Shown here: in pieces, positions 28,769 through 39,547 of the stretch
Numbering within the stretch: position 1 is the first letter of the stretch
How the letters are laid out: each line of letters begins with the position of its first letter
Assembly (NCBI GenBank): GCA_030586555.1
Contig: JAURAC010000001.1
Location: 96,001-160,000 of the forward strand
Length of the DNA: 64,000 nt
Direction of reading: 5' to 3'
Source: Candidatus Subterrananammoxibius californiae
GTDB taxonomy: Bacteria; Planctomycetota; Brocadiia; Brocadiales; Subterrananammoxibiaceae
Made by a program: the position numbers and the translations under genes
The notes under the pieces: model-generated
Databases searched by the model: none
The model's input: only the letters and a program-made list of their open reading frames with translations
Told to the model about the DNA's origin: nothing

Positions 28769-29569
28769 ATGCATGGACTAAAAACATATATTAGACGAAA
28801 CCGCAGGTTATATAAATTGTGCGCGTTTCTTTTCAACATGGTACTGCCGTTGTACCCGCCTGAATTTTTTAAAGCATTAGGTGGATATTTTAGGTTTGGT
28901 AGAGATGTTGTCAGATATTTTTGCATGGAAGGCGCGGAACCATTTAATCTTCTTAATTTGCGACCTTTGGTAAAAGATTGGACAAACGTAACCCCGGTAA
29001 ACGAAAATTATTTCTACCAGGATACTTGGGCTGCTGGAAAGATTATTAAAGATGCCCCAGAGTTTCATGTGGATATTGGCTCTACCGTTTTGTTTGTTGG
29101 CATCTTATCGAAAATAACACGTATTTGCAGTGTGGATGTCCGTCCCTTACCGGTGCGGCTGGAAAATTTGGAATGTAGAGAAGGTAGTATCTTGGAGCTC
29201 CCTTTTGAAGATGGAGAGATATTTTCCCTGTCTTCTCTTTGTGTGTTAGAGCACATCGGACTTGGCCGATATGGTGACTCTTTGGACCCTTTAGGAACTT
29301 GCAAAGCAGCACAAGAACTATCTCGTGTTCTTGGGGAAGGTGGTAATTTATATGTTTCTGCACCTATTGGAGAAAGCTCGATATACTTCAATGCGTACAG
29401 GGTATTTGAACCAGAAAATTTTGTTTCAATGTTTCGAGGCTTCGAGGTAGTAGATACATTGTTTATATTAAACGATAGAGTTTGCACAATGGACGAGTAT
29501 ACGAAATTTAATAAACCTTCTTATAACAACAGGGTAATAGTAGGTTGTTTCCATTTCGTCAAGCGTTAG
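28769..29569 (+). CDS. DUF268-like SAM-methyltransferase-fold protein
   Basis: YFYQDTWA, HVDIGS, EHIGLGRYGD, FNAYRVF. Confidence 0.7.
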   Translation: MHGLKTYIRRNRRLYKLCAFLFNMVLPLYPPEFFKALGGYFRFGRDVVRYFCMEGAEPFNLLNLRPLVKDWTNVTPVNENYFYQDTWAAGKIIKDAPEFHVDIGSTVLFVGILSKITRICSVDVRPLPVRLENLECREGSILELPFEDGEIFSLSSLCVLEHIGLGRYGDSLDPLGTCKAAQELSRVLGEGGNLYVSAPIGESSIYFNAYRVFEPENFVSMFRGFEVVDTLFILNDRVCTMDEYTKFNKPSYNNRVIVGCFHFVKR

Positions 29570-29664
29570 ACCTGCTGATTCAGGAATGCGAAGAATTGCG
29601 TTCCTTTATCGCGAAAAGTCTCATTGTTACAAGGGTAAGGAAGAAGACCGAATTGAAATGTTAA
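29569..29664 (+). pseudogene. Possible C-terminal remnant of a four-helix-bundle (23S-IVS-protein-like) gene
   Basis: Manual translation DLLIQECEELRSFIAKSLIVTRVRKK..; no start codon; pattern recognition only. Confidence 0.35.
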
Positions 29665-29685
29665 TTGCTGATTTCACAATTTGAA

Positions 29686-31233
29686 ATGAATAAGTCTATT
29701 AAGATAACAGGTAGCCTGCTGGCAAAAAATACCGCCCTGAATTTCTTCGCTCAGATTGTACCCCTCATTGTAGCGCTGGTTACAATCCCTTATGTCATTC
29801 ATGGCTTGGGTACGGAGCGCTTTGGGATTCTATCTCTGATATGGGTCGTTATTGGGTATTTCAGTATTCTCAACATGGGTCTGGGACAAGCCACAACAAA
29901 GTTTGTAGCAGAGGCATTGGGAAAGGAGGAAACAGAGCGCATCCCTGCAATTGTCTGGACGTCACTAACCTCTCAGCTTTTACTTGGTGTTTTGGGTTGT
30001 ATTATTTTAGTTCTGGCAACGCCCACCCTTGTCGAGCGGGTTTTGAACATACCTCCTGATTTTATAGAAGAGGCTAAAAATACATTCTACATTTTAAGTC
30101 TCTCTATTCCGATTGTTATATGTTCTGCATCCTTGAACGGGGTACTGGAGGCGGCACAACGTTTCGATCTGGTTAATGCAGTTACAGTTCCTTCGAGTTG
30201 TTTAAATTTTTTACTCCCTGCAATTGGGATTTTTTTGGATTTAAAATTGCCGGGTATTGTTATTTTACTGCTTATTTTACGTGCAGCCACATTAGGGGTT
30301 TATTTAATACTATGTTTTCGTGTTTATCCAAAGATAAGACAGGTTTTATTGATAGATACAAAGATGCTTCGTCCTCTATTTTCATTTGGAGGATGGGTAA
30401 CTATCAGCAGTATCCTGATTCCAATATTGGTGTATATCGATCGTTTTTTTATAGGAGCGCTTTATACTATAGCCGCTGTGGGTTATTATAGCGTTTCCTA
30501 CGATATGGTTTCCCGTCTTACGATTTTTTCAAGGAGCTTCTCCGCAACATTATTTCCTGCATTTAGTACCATAGAATCGGATAAGGACAAACTTAAACAG
30601 CTTTATGCCCGTAGTTTTAAGTACATACTTCTGATTATGGGACCTATTGTTCTTGTCCTTATTATTTTCGCAGGCGACATTCTCCATGTGTGGCTTGGAG
30701 GCGATTGGGCATCGGAGACAACTCTGGTCTTTCAAATCCTTGCCATTGGCATGCTGATTGACGGCTTATCACGAATGCCAGCTAATCTCTTTGACGGAAT
30801 TGGACGTGCTGACCTGAGAGCGAAAATTTATCTTCTGAGTGTCTTTATATATGTTGGGTTGGCTTGGTTTCTGATTAGCAAGATGGGTATTATGGGGGCA
30901 GCCTTAGCATGGACATTACGTGCATGTTTAGAACTTTCCCTATTCTTTAGTGTAGCCTGGAAAGTTATACGCTTAAAGCGCGCTATTTTTATGGAAAATG
31001 GAATACTTCGGGGAGTAATGGCGTATGGGGGACTTGTTGCAATAACATTATTTGTAATCGTAATACTTGGCAAAACACTATTAATTCAAAGCATTGTAAC
31101 TACGATATGTCTTTCACTTTTCGCATTGGTTACATGGAGATATGTTCTTGATGTGGAAGATAAACAACCTTTGTTCTTGGCGATAAAGAGAACAAGGGGA
31201 TGGGGATATAGGTTAAATGAATTTGCAAAGTAA
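29686..31233 (+). CDS. wzx: Wzx flippase
   Basis: ~14 TM helices, LGTERFG, DRFFIG..AVGYYS. Confidence 0.9.
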   Translation: MNKSIKITGSLLAKNTALNFFAQIVPLIVALVTIPYVIHGLGTERFGILSLIWVVIGYFSILNMGLGQATTKFVAEALGKEETERIPAIVWTSLTSQLLLGVLGCIILVLATPTLVERVLNIPPDFIEEAKNTFYILSLSIPIVICSASLNGVLEAAQRFDLVNAVTVPSSCLNFLLPAIGIFLDLKLPGIVILLLILRAATLGVYLILCFRVYPKIRQVLLIDTKMLRPLFSFGGWVTISSILIPILVYIDRFFIGALYTIAAVGYYSVSYDMVSRLTIFSRSFSATLFPAFSTIESDKDKLKQLYARSFKYILLIMGPIVLVLIIFAGDILHVWLGGDWASETTLVFQILAIGMLIDGLSRMPANLFDGIGRADLRAKIYLLSVFIYVGLAWFLISKMGIMGAALAWTLRACLELSLFFSVAWKVIRLKRAIFMENGILRGVMAYGGLVAITLFVIVILGKTLLIQSIVTTICLSLFALVTWRYVLDVEDKQPLFLAIKRTRGWGYRLNEFAK

Positions 31234-32143
31234 TTTGGCGTTGAAGTTTTTTAACATGGGTATCAAAAAATACAGTAGATTTCGTATCTTAATACAATCC
31301 TTCATTGCATGGAGTCCCTTTCTGGTCACGATATTTAATGAGACGCTAAGAATCAGGCGGTGGAGGTCACTTCAATCAGTATTGAGGTTATTTGGGTCTA
31401 CCCTTCCAAATCCAATAGATGTCGAAGGACATATTTTGTTTCATCATTCAGATGACATTAACACTACGATAGGTTTAGGCGTTGGAGACTATGAACCTGA
31501 GGTCAGGAAGACTGTTACCCAGTTTCTTAGTCCCGGGACGACGATGATAGACGCAGGCGCTAACATTGGATACTATACCTTGCTTGCGGCTCGTGCGGTG
31601 GGACCTCAAGGTCACGTATATGCGTTTGAGCCGGCGCCATCTACGGTGGAATTGTTAAGAAAGAATGTAGATGTTAATGGATATAGCGGCAGAGTTACGG
31701 TCGTACCAAAAGCTATAACGAACAAAAGCTCAAAGGTTCGCATTTTTCTTGACTATGTACACTCTGGTACTTCAAGTATGTTTTCTGATGGTCTTGCAAA
31801 AGACGCTGTGGAGGTTGAAGGTGTAAGCCTGGATGAGTTCTTTTCCAGCAAGGGTTGGCCACCTATTAATATAATTAAAATGGATATAGAGGGAGCAGAG
31901 AAACTTGCCTTAGAGGGGATGAGAGAACTTGTCCGAAGAAACCAAGGACTAAAACTCATTATAGAGGTGAATTTAAGTTTCAGTGTTGAGGAGCTTTTTG
32001 AGGCGCTTCAAGGATGTAGGTTCTCACGCTTCCACCTGCTTGAGGACCGCAACCGTGTAGTAGACATTCCCAAGGATATCCCTCATATTATCTCAACGGC
32101 ACGGGGTGTTCTGGTGAATCTTCTCTGCGAAAAGGCTAATTAG
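31217..32143 (+). CDS. FkbM-family methyltransferase
   Basis: IDAGANIG, AFEP, IKMDIEGAE. Confidence 0.9.
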   Translation: MNLQSNLALKFFNMGIKKYSRFRILIQSFIAWSPFLVTIFNETLRIRRWRSLQSVLRLFGSTLPNPIDVEGHILFHHSDDINTTIGLGVGDYEPEVRKTVTQFLSPGTTMIDAGANIGYYTLLAARAVGPQGHVYAFEPAPSTVELLRKNVDVNGYSGRVTVVPKAITNKSSKVRIFLDYVHSGTSSMFSDGLAKDAVEVEGVSLDEFFSSKGWPPINIIKMDIEGAEKLALEGMRELVRRNQGLKLIIEVNLSFSVEELFEALQGCRFSRFHLLEDRNRVVDIPKDIPHIISTARGVLVNLLCEKAN

Positions 32144-32192
32144 AATTTTATTCTTAGCACTATGAATAATAACAGTTTTATCAGGGTTAGAA

Positions 32193-33692
32193 ATGGCTGA
32201 CGTTATTCTCTTTTATCCAAAAACTGGTTTTGATATTAAAAAGGTATCAGTTGATATTCCTATTGCCTTACTGGCAGTAAGTTCGTTTATCGCAGAGCGC
32301 CACAAAGTTAAAATCATAGACCAGCGTGTGGAAGAAGATTGGGAAAGCAAGCTTACTGAGGAATTGAAGAAGAACCCTGTATGCTTAGGGGTAACAGCTA
32401 TGACTTGCCCGCAGATAACATATGCCTTACAAGCTTGTGCTATGGCTAAAAAAACTTCTCCCGAAACAATAACGGTTTGGGGAGGGGTTCATGCAACGTT
32501 AATGCCTGAGGAAACGTTGAGACATCCCTCAGTTGATATCGTCATGCGAGGGGAAGGAGAAATTAGTTTTAAGAACCTTGTTAATAGACTCTGCATGGAT
32601 AGAAAGTCCGATTTAACACCGATAAGGGGAATATCCTTTAAGGACAAGAATGGCAAAATTATCCATACCCCTGTTGAAAAGGTATTACCTATGGACCAAA
32701 CTGTTGACCTTCCTTACCAGCTGCTGGGTAATATTGAGGACTATATCGGGAGCCAGGGTAGATTCAAGAACGAGACTGCAAGAAGTCTAATATACATTTC
32801 GAGTCGTGGATGTCCATACCGTTGTACCTTTTGTGCAATGCCGGGGTTAGATGAAGTTCGCTGGCGGTCTGAACCAGTTGAGTTAACCTATCGAAGAATT
32901 TCAATGCTAAAAGAGCGCTTCAAACTGGATTCGATTACTTTCCACGATGAAAACTTCATGGTAGATACTAAGCGGGTCAACAGATTGGCAGAGATGATTA
33001 ACGGCGAGTTCAAATGGTGGGTTCAGGCTCGAATGGACAGCCTGTTAAGGTTTGATATAAATAAGTTGGTGAAGAACGGGTTGGAATCACTCCAACCTGG
33101 CTTAGAGTCAGGAAGTGACCGAATACTGAAAATGATAAAAAAAGGCGAAACCATTGAAGAGTATATCGAGGCTAACAAGAAGTTGGCTAAAACGGATATG
33201 GAGCCATTATATAACTTTATGATTGGATTTCCAACAGAATCTGAGGAAGAGATTTTTATGACTGTAGACCTGGCTTTACGTATGTTAGAAGACAATAATA
33301 AAGCCATGATTGCAGGGTTCTATGTTGTTGTTCCATATCCAGGCACTGATTTATATGACCTGGCATTAAAGTATGGTTTTGTCCAACCAGATAGGCTTGA
33401 AGATTGGGCACAGTACAATCGTCAGCATTTAGCTACCCCCTGGATCCAGGATAAGCTGGATTTAATTGAATCTGTAAAATTATCATCGCGATTTGTTGAC
33501 GGTGTTCGTTTGCCGAGAAGAGTTAAACATTCCTTTGGTAAAATTCCAGCCCCGGTGGAACCATTAAAATTGATAGGCAAATATTACCAGTGGCGGTGGA
33601 GAAGGCGAAGATTTAATAAAAATTTAGATAAGGTTGTGAACTCGTTTGTTATGTCCCTCTTTAGTTTGTCACAAAGGCTACACCGCAATTGA
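32193..33692 (+). CDS. Cobalamin-binding radical SAM enzyme
   Basis: WGGVHAT, GEGE, SRGCPYRCTFC, GLESGS, FMIGFPTE, PYPGT. Confidence 0.9.
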   Translation: MADVILFYPKTGFDIKKVSVDIPIALLAVSSFIAERHKVKIIDQRVEEDWESKLTEELKKNPVCLGVTAMTCPQITYALQACAMAKKTSPETITVWGGVHATLMPEETLRHPSVDIVMRGEGEISFKNLVNRLCMDRKSDLTPIRGISFKDKNGKIIHTPVEKVLPMDQTVDLPYQLLGNIEDYIGSQGRFKNETARSLIYISSRGCPYRCTFCAMPGLDEVRWRSEPVELTYRRISMLKERFKLDSITFHDENFMVDTKRVNRLAEMINGEFKWWVQARMDSLLRFDINKLVKNGLESLQPGLESGSDRILKMIKKGETIEEYIEANKKLAKTDMEPLYNFMIGFPTESEEEIFMTVDLALRMLEDNNKAMIAGFYVVVPYPGTDLYDLALKYGFVQPDRLEDWAQYNRQHLATPWIQDKLDLIESVKLSSRFVDGVRLPRRVKHSFGKIPAPVEPLKLIGKYYQWRWRRRRFNKNLDKVVNSFVMSLFSLSQRLHRN

Positions 33693-33700
33693 GAATTAAA

Positions 33701-34681
33701 ATGCCCAAAAGTAATCAATCGTCGCAGACAATTTTAATAACAGGGGTCGCTGGTTTTATAGGGAGCAATCTTGCTGAGCAGTTATTAAAGAAAGGTTGTG
33801 AAATTGGAAATAAGAAATCATCGAGGGTTATCGGCATTGACAACCTTTCTTATGGCGTAAGGGAGCAAGTGCCAGAAGGAGTCGAGTTTTATCGGTTAGA
33901 TATTCGCTCTAAAGAGATTTATCCACTATTTGAGGGGGTTGATTATGTTTTTCATCTTGCCGCAAAGAACTGTATAAGCGACTGCCAGGCAGACCCCGTT
34001 GAAACAGCAGAAATCAATGTGTGTGGAACGGTGAATGTTTTTGAAGCATCAAGAAGGGCTAAGGTGAGGAAGGTCATCTATGCAGAATCATCTGCGATGT
34101 ATGAGGGAAGCAGTATGTTCCCAAATTCTGAATCCGAAATTAAGCCTGAGAGCTTTTATGCAGTGAGCAAAGCAGCATCAATGTATTTTGCCGAAGCTTA
34201 CAAGCGATTTTACGATACACAGTTTACAGCATTGCGATATTTTAATGTATACGGTCCACGGCAGGACTACAGGAGAACCATACCCCCTGTGATGAGCGCT
34301 TTCATTATCAGACTATTAAGAGGTGAACTACCAATAATTTATGGTACAGGAGAAAAGAGAAGGGACTTTGTCTATGTTGATGATGTAAATAATTTTCATC
34401 TGTTGTGTATGAATGACTCCGGGACTAACGGAAAGGTGTTCAATATCGGTTCTGGGGGGAATTACTCTGTTAATGAAATTTATAAAATGATTAGTGAACT
34501 TCTTGGTATCAAAATATCACCAATCCATAAAGTAGATTTGCCAGGCGAAGCCTCGGTTACTCTGGCAGACATTACGGAGGCAAAAAAGTTAGGTTGGGAG
34601 CCGCAGGCAGATATTGTTACAGGTCTTAAAAACATGATTGAGTATATAAAAAAAGAAATAGAAACAGGAAAGATTAGGTAA
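33701..34681 (+). CDS. NDP-sugar epimerase/dehydratase
   Basis: ITGVAGFIGS, HLAA, YAVSK, LRYFNVYGPRQ. Confidence 0.9.
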   Translation: MPKSNQSSQTILITGVAGFIGSNLAEQLLKKGCEIGNKKSSRVIGIDNLSYGVREQVPEGVEFYRLDIRSKEIYPLFEGVDYVFHLAAKNCISDCQADPVETAEINVCGTVNVFEASRRAKVRKVIYAESSAMYEGSSMFPNSESEIKPESFYAVSKAASMYFAEAYKRFYDTQFTALRYFNVYGPRQDYRRTIPPVMSAFIIRLLRGELPIIYGTGEKRRDFVYVDDVNNFHLLCMNDSGTNGKVFNIGSGGNYSVNEIYKMISELLGIKISPIHKVDLPGEASVTLADITEAKKLGWEPQADIVTGLKNMIEYIKKEIETGKIR

Positions 34682-34682
34682 A

Positions 34683-35411
34683 GTGAAGACAATAATCCTT
34701 TCAGCAGGAAAAGGTGAGAGAATAAGGAAGGTTGTAGGAAATATTCCGAAACCAATGATTAAAGTAAAATGGAAGCCCGTACTTGAGCATAATGTTGAAT
34801 GGGTTAGAAATTATGGAATAAGAGACATATATATAAATCTACACCACTTACCTAATGCGATAAGAAGCTATTTTGGGGATGGCAGTAGATGGGGTGTAAA
34901 GATTACTTATTCTTATGAGCCTGAGCTGCTGGGAACGGCTGGTGCAGTAAGGAAGATTGCAGATGAATACTGGCAATTAAAAGTCAATAGTTATCCATGT
35001 AAGAATTTATCGGATAATGCCTTTTTGGTGATTTATGGAGACAATCTTTTTGAATACGAATTGGGGGAGATTGTAAATTTTCATGACAGGAAAAAAGGCA
35101 TTGCGACTATAGCGGTTTATGAAAAGGATGATGTTCGCCAGAGCGGGGTTGTTTTGCTTGGCAGAGATAATAAAGTTACAAGGTTCGTTGAAAAGCCAAA
35201 ACCCGAAGAGGTTGTAAGCAATCTGGTAAACACGGGAATTTATGTACTTGAGCCTGAAGTTTTAGGTTACATTCCGTCTGGTAAAACCCTTGATTTTGGT
35301 AAAGATGTGTTTCCTGAAATGATTCAAAGAGGTGAAAGTATCCTGGGCATAATAGTGAAGGGCAATTTAATAGCAATAGATACCCCCGAGCTTTTGGAAA
35401 AAGCTTTATAA
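34683..35411 (+). CDS. Sugar-1-phosphate nucleotidyltransferase (HddC/LmbO-like)
   Basis: LSAGKGER, PKPM, LGTAGA, YGD, FVEKP, NTGIY. Confidence 0.88.
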   Translation: MKTIILSAGKGERIRKVVGNIPKPMIKVKWKPVLEHNVEWVRNYGIRDIYINLHHLPNAIRSYFGDGSRWGVKITYSYEPELLGTAGAVRKIADEYWQLKVNSYPCKNLSDNAFLVIYGDNLFEYELGEIVNFHDRKKGIATIAVYEKDDVRQSGVVLLGRDNKVTRFVEKPKPEEVVSNLVNTGIYVLEPEVLGYIPSGKTLDFGKDVFPEMIQRGESILGIIVKGNLIAIDTPELLEKAL

Positions 35412-35448
35412 ATAACGAATAATTGTTAACGAGTAACGGAGCTATTAT

Positions 35449-36450
35449 ATGATCATAGCAAGGTCGCCATTCAGGTTTACCCTTGGTGGTGGGGGAACAG
35501 ACCTGCCATCGTATTACTCAAAGTATGGCGGTTTTATCTTTGCTACTGGAATAGACAAGTATATGTTTATCAATATTAACCGACCCGTAGTAGATGACCT
35601 TGTGAGGGTGAAATATAGTAAGTCTGAAACAGTCGCTCATTGCAATGAAGTACAGCATGACATTGCAAGAGAAACTATGAAGATGGTAGGAATAGAAAAC
35701 AGTCTCGAGATAGTTTCTATGGCTGATGTTCCTGCAGGGACGGGGCTTGGCTCTTCAAGTTGTTATACTGTCAGTCTCCTCCATGCTATGCACACAATGA
35801 AAAGGGAATATATCATGCTGCAAGACCTTGCGGAAAAGGCTTGTAAATTAGAAATAGAAATCCTTAAAAAACCAATAGGCAAGCAGGACCAGTATATGGC
35901 TGCCTTTGGGGGATTGACAGTTTTAGACATTGAAAAAGATGGTACCGTGCATGTAAGAAAGGCAAAGGTTACGGATTCAACCATTGATGATTTAAATAGA
36001 AATTTGCTTGCGTTTTATACAAATACTTCTCGAAGCGCCGATGAGATACTTTCTGAGCAAAGTAAAGGCGCCAGAGAAGAAAAGAAGGATGTTGTTGAGA
36101 GTATGCATTATATAAAGGAACTCGGTTATAAAATACTCGAGGCAATAGAAAGTGGTAACATCACAGATGTTGGTTTAATGTTTGACCAGCACTGGCAGTA
36201 TAAGAAGAGAATATCCACTAAAATGTCAAATCCCCATTTTGACAAGATTTATGAGGTAGCAAAAGAGAACGGCGCTCTTGGAGGTAAAATTTCAGGCGCT
36301 GGTGGAGGGGGATTCTTCTTGTTTTATGTGGAAGAGAAACACGATATGTTCAGGAAAGTAGCGAAGAAACTGGGGTTGCGGGAAATGAGATATAGGTTCG
36401 ATTTTGAAGGGTCAAAGGTTTTGGTGAATTTTATGAACGGGACGAAGTAG
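35449..36450 (+). CDS. GHMP kinase (HddA/LmbP-like sugar-phosphate 1-kinase)
   Basis: GGGGTDLP, PAGTGLGSSS, IGKQDQY, GAGGGG. Confidence 0.9.
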   Translation: MIIARSPFRFTLGGGGTDLPSYYSKYGGFIFATGIDKYMFININRPVVDDLVRVKYSKSETVAHCNEVQHDIARETMKMVGIENSLEIVSMADVPAGTGLGSSSCYTVSLLHAMHTMKREYIMLQDLAEKACKLEIEILKKPIGKQDQYMAAFGGLTVLDIEKDGTVHVRKAKVTDSTIDDLNRNLLAFYTNTSRSADEILSEQSKGAREEKKDVVESMHYIKELGYKILEAIESGNITDVGLMFDQHWQYKKRISTKMSNPHFDKIYEVAKENGALGGKISGAGGGGFFLFYVEEKHDMFRKVAKKLGLREMRYRFDFEGSKVLVNFMNGTK

Positions 36451-36483
36451 GTTGCTGTGTTTGATGATTAAGGGGCAAGTGTA

Positions 36484-37335
36484 GTGAGACTTAAGAACAA
36501 GGTGGCTATTGTTACTGGTGGCAGCAGGGGGATTGGAAGGGCTGTTGTGAGGAAGTTTCTTAAAGAGGGGGCAATGGTGGCTATTGCTGCTCGCTCTAAG
36601 ACAGAGATTGACATTACTGTTAAGAATTTAAAACAGGAAGGCGAACTAATAACTGGTATTCCCACAGATGTTTCAAAAGGGAGGGATGTTCAAAACCTGG
36701 TGGAGCGAACCTTAACACAGTACGGCTCTCTTGATATTCTGGTCAATGCGGCAGGCATGCAAGGTCCAATAGGTCCTTTTATAGAAGTGGATATGCAAGA
36801 ATGGATTAATAACATCCATACGAATCTTATTGGTACGGGATTATGTTGTAAGGCATCTTTGCCAATTATGATAGGCAAAAGACAAGGGAAAATTATTAAT
36901 TTCTCTGGAGGCGGGGCTACTTCACCAAGACCTAATTTTAGCGCTTATGCCTGTTCCAAAGCGGCTATTGTAAGGTTTACAGAAACATTGGCTATGGAGG
37001 TTAAGGATTATGGAGTAGATGTAAATGCTATCGCCCCAGGTGCCGTCAATACCAGAATGATGGCGGAAATCATTAATGCAGGGGACAAATCAGGGAAGAA
37101 AGAGTTATCAGAGACTATTGAGCGGAGTCAAAAAGGGGGAACGCCTCCGGAATTGGCTGCGGAACTGGTTGTTTTTCTTGCTTCTGAGCATTCCAATGGC
37201 CTCACGGGACGATTGATTAGCGCTGTCTGGGACGATTGGAAAAATTTTGATGAGAACGTTGATGAGATAACCAATTCCTCCCTTTATACACTTAGAAGGA
37301 TAGATAAGAAGAATTTTATAGAGAGAAGGTCATGA
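36484..37335 (+). CDS. SDR oxidoreductase
   Basis: TGGSRGIG, VNAAG, YACSK. Confidence 0.9.
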   Translation: MRLKNKVAIVTGGSRGIGRAVVRKFLKEGAMVAIAARSKTEIDITVKNLKQEGELITGIPTDVSKGRDVQNLVERTLTQYGSLDILVNAAGMQGPIGPFIEVDMQEWINNIHTNLIGTGLCCKASLPIMIGKRQGKIINFSGGGATSPRPNFSAYACSKAAIVRFTETLAMEVKDYGVDVNAIAPGAVNTRMMAEIINAGDKSGKKELSETIERSQKGGTPPELAAELVVFLASEHSNGLTGRLISAVWDDWKNFDENVDEITNSSLYTLRRIDKKNFIERRS

Positions 37336-38345
37336 CCATTGGTGTTGCCATAATTGGGGCTGGTTTGATTGGGAGGAAACGTGCAGTCGCTTTACAAAAA
37401 TTTGATGATTGTCGGTTGGTGGTCACAGCGGATGTTAACAGGGATGCGGCTGATGAGTTAGCTAAAGAGTTTGGTGGGGAGGTTGAAACAGACTGGGAAA
37501 AGGTTGTAAATAGAAAAGACATCCATGTGGTAATCGTAGCCACGGTTAATAAGTTTTTAGCCCCTATAAGTATTGCGGCATTAGATAATGGAAAGCATGT
37601 TCTCTGTGAAAAACCACTGGGTCGTAATACGGAGGAATCAAAAAAAATAATTGCGGTTGCCAAAAAAAGTGGAGTAATGCTGAAAACAGGATTCAATCAT
37701 AGACATCACCCCTCAATAGCACAGGCAAAGCAGTTATTAGACAATGGTAAAATAGGGGTTCTGTACTTTATGAGATGCCGTTATGGCCATGGTGGGAGAC
37801 CCGGATATGAGAAGGAATGGCGAGCAGATAAAGATTTATGCGGTGGTGGAGAATTATTGGACCAAGGCGTTCATGTAGTAGATTTGTTCAGGTGGTTTGC
37901 AGGTGATTTTAACGAAGCTTTTGGATATACCCCAACCTATTTTTGGAATACGAAGGTTGAAGACAATGCCTTTGCCATTTTTAAGAATAACGATGGGATA
38001 ATAGCCACTATGCATACAAGTTGGACGCAGTGGAAGAATGTATTTTCTTTTGAAATGTTTGGGAAGGATGGCTATTTGGTAATGGAAGGACTCGGAGGTA
38101 GCTATGGAACTGAGACATTAAAAATTGGAAGAAGAAAACCAGAGGGTGGACCTCCAGATGAAAAGATTCTCGAATTTCCAGGTCCAGATATTTCATGGGA
38201 TGAGGAATGGAAAAAGTTTATTTCAGCCATTGAGAATAATAGAGTACCCATCGGCAACGGATGGGATGGGCATATGGCAAATAAAATGATTGAAGCGATT
38301 TATGAGTCTGCTCAAACAGGAAAGGTTGTAAAGTTAGAGGACTGA
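37332..38345 (+). CDS. Gfo/Idh/MocA-family oxidoreductase
   Basis: IGAGLIG, LCEKP, GGELLDQGVH. Confidence 0.9.
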   Translation: MTIGVAIIGAGLIGRKRAVALQKFDDCRLVVTADVNRDAADELAKEFGGEVETDWEKVVNRKDIHVVIVATVNKFLAPISIAALDNGKHVLCEKPLGRNTEESKKIIAVAKKSGVMLKTGFNHRHHPSIAQAKQLLDNGKIGVLYFMRCRYGHGGRPGYEKEWRADKDLCGGGELLDQGVHVVDLFRWFAGDFNEAFGYTPTYFWNTKVEDNAFAIFKNNDGIIATMHTSWTQWKNVFSFEMFGKDGYLVMEGLGGSYGTETLKIGRRKPEGGPPDEKILEFPGPDISWDEEWKKFISAIENNRVPIGNGWDGHMANKMIEAIYESAQTGKVVKLED

Positions 38346-38347
38346 GA

Positions 38348-38872
38348 TTGAAGAAGGCAATATTCCTTGACAGGGATGGAGTAATAAATAAGGTTTTCTT
38401 AAGTAATGGGAAGCCTTTTTCACCAAGAAGGTTTAGTGAATTCGAATTGATTCCTGAAGTAGAAAACGCCTTGAATTCTTTTAAAGAGGTGGGGTTTACG
38501 AATATAGTTATTACTAATCAACCAGATATTGCAAGAGGTTTCTTGAAATGGGAAGAGTTAGAGAAGATGCATTCTCTTATAAGGGAAAGGTTATCCATTG
38601 GTGACATCTTTGTTTGTCCTCATAGCGATAAAGATAATTGTCTATGCCGTAAGCCAAAACCAGGTGCGCTACTTGAGGCGGCAAAAAAGTGGAATGTTGA
38701 CTTGAAAGGGTCTTTTTTTATTGGTGATACATGGAAGGATACAGTAGCTGGCAAACGGGCTGGATGTAAAACAATTCTAATAAATATGCCATACAATCAA
38801 GGTGTTGAAAGTGATTATAGGATAGAAGATTTGAATAAGGCAGTGGAAATAATTATGGATAGTAAACAATGA
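38348..38872 (+). CDS. HAD-IIIA sugar-bisphosphate phosphatase (GmhB/LmbK-like)
   Basis: FLDRDGVIN, TNQP, CPH..CLCRKPKPG, IGD. Confidence 0.9.
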   Translation: MKKAIFLDRDGVINKVFLSNGKPFSPRRFSEFELIPEVENALNSFKEVGFTNIVITNQPDIARGFLKWEELEKMHSLIRERLSIGDIFVCPHSDKDNCLCRKPKPGALLEAAKKWNVDLKGSFFIGDTWKDTVAGKRAGCKTILINMPYNQGVESDYRIEDLNKAVEIIMDSKQ

Positions 38873-38917
38873 GATAGAGAGATTTATGAACTTACAGATT
38901 ATAGAGGAAGTGAAGGC

Positions 38918-39547
38918 ATGTTTTATATAAAGAACTATTTAGATGAAGCACATCAAATTGTTAAGAAACTTGATGTAAACGTGATTGAAAAGATGGTTAA
39001 TCAATTAGTGGAATTAAGAAAAAACAACGGGCGGTTATTCTTCCTTGGGGTTGGTGGTGGCGCTGGGAATGCTTCTCATGCAGTAAATGATTTCAGAAAG
39101 ATTGCAGGGATTGAGTCGTACACCCCTATAGACAATGTTTCTGAACTGAGCGCCAGGGTTAACGATGATGGGTGGGATACGGTTTTTGTCAATTGGTTAA
39201 AGGGAAGCAAGCTTCGTGATGCAGATGGTGTGTTTGTTTTTTCCGTTGGCGGGGGCAATGCTGGGGAAAATATAAGTGTGAATATTGTTAACGCCTTGAA
39301 ATATGCCAGAGAGGTTGGTGCAAAAGTTTTTGGGGTTGTTGGTAGAGATGGGGGTTACACAGGCAAAGTTGCAGATGCTTGCGTAATAGTGCCTACTGTA
39401 AATGCAGAAACGATAACTCCACACACAGAGTCATTTCAGGCTGTTATATGGCATCTTATCGTTTCTCATCCGAGGATGAAAGTCTCGGAGATGAAATGGG
39501 AATCTGTTAAACAAAAGGAAGGGGAAGAAAATGTCTATTTTTCTTGA
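38918..39547 (+). CDS. SIS-domain sugar-phosphate isomerase (GmhA/LmbN-like, divergent)
   Basis: GVGGGAGNASHAVNDF, VNDDGW, GRDGG. Confidence 0.82.
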   Translation: MFYIKNYLDEAHQIVKKLDVNVIEKMVNQLVELRKNNGRLFFLGVGGGAGNASHAVNDFRKIAGIESYTPIDNVSELSARVNDDGWDTVFVNWLKGSKLRDADGVFVFSVGGGNAGENISVNIVNALKYAREVGAKVFGVVGRDGGYTGKVADACVIVPTVNAETITPHTESFQAVIWHLIVSHPRMKVSEMKWESVKQKEGEENVYFS

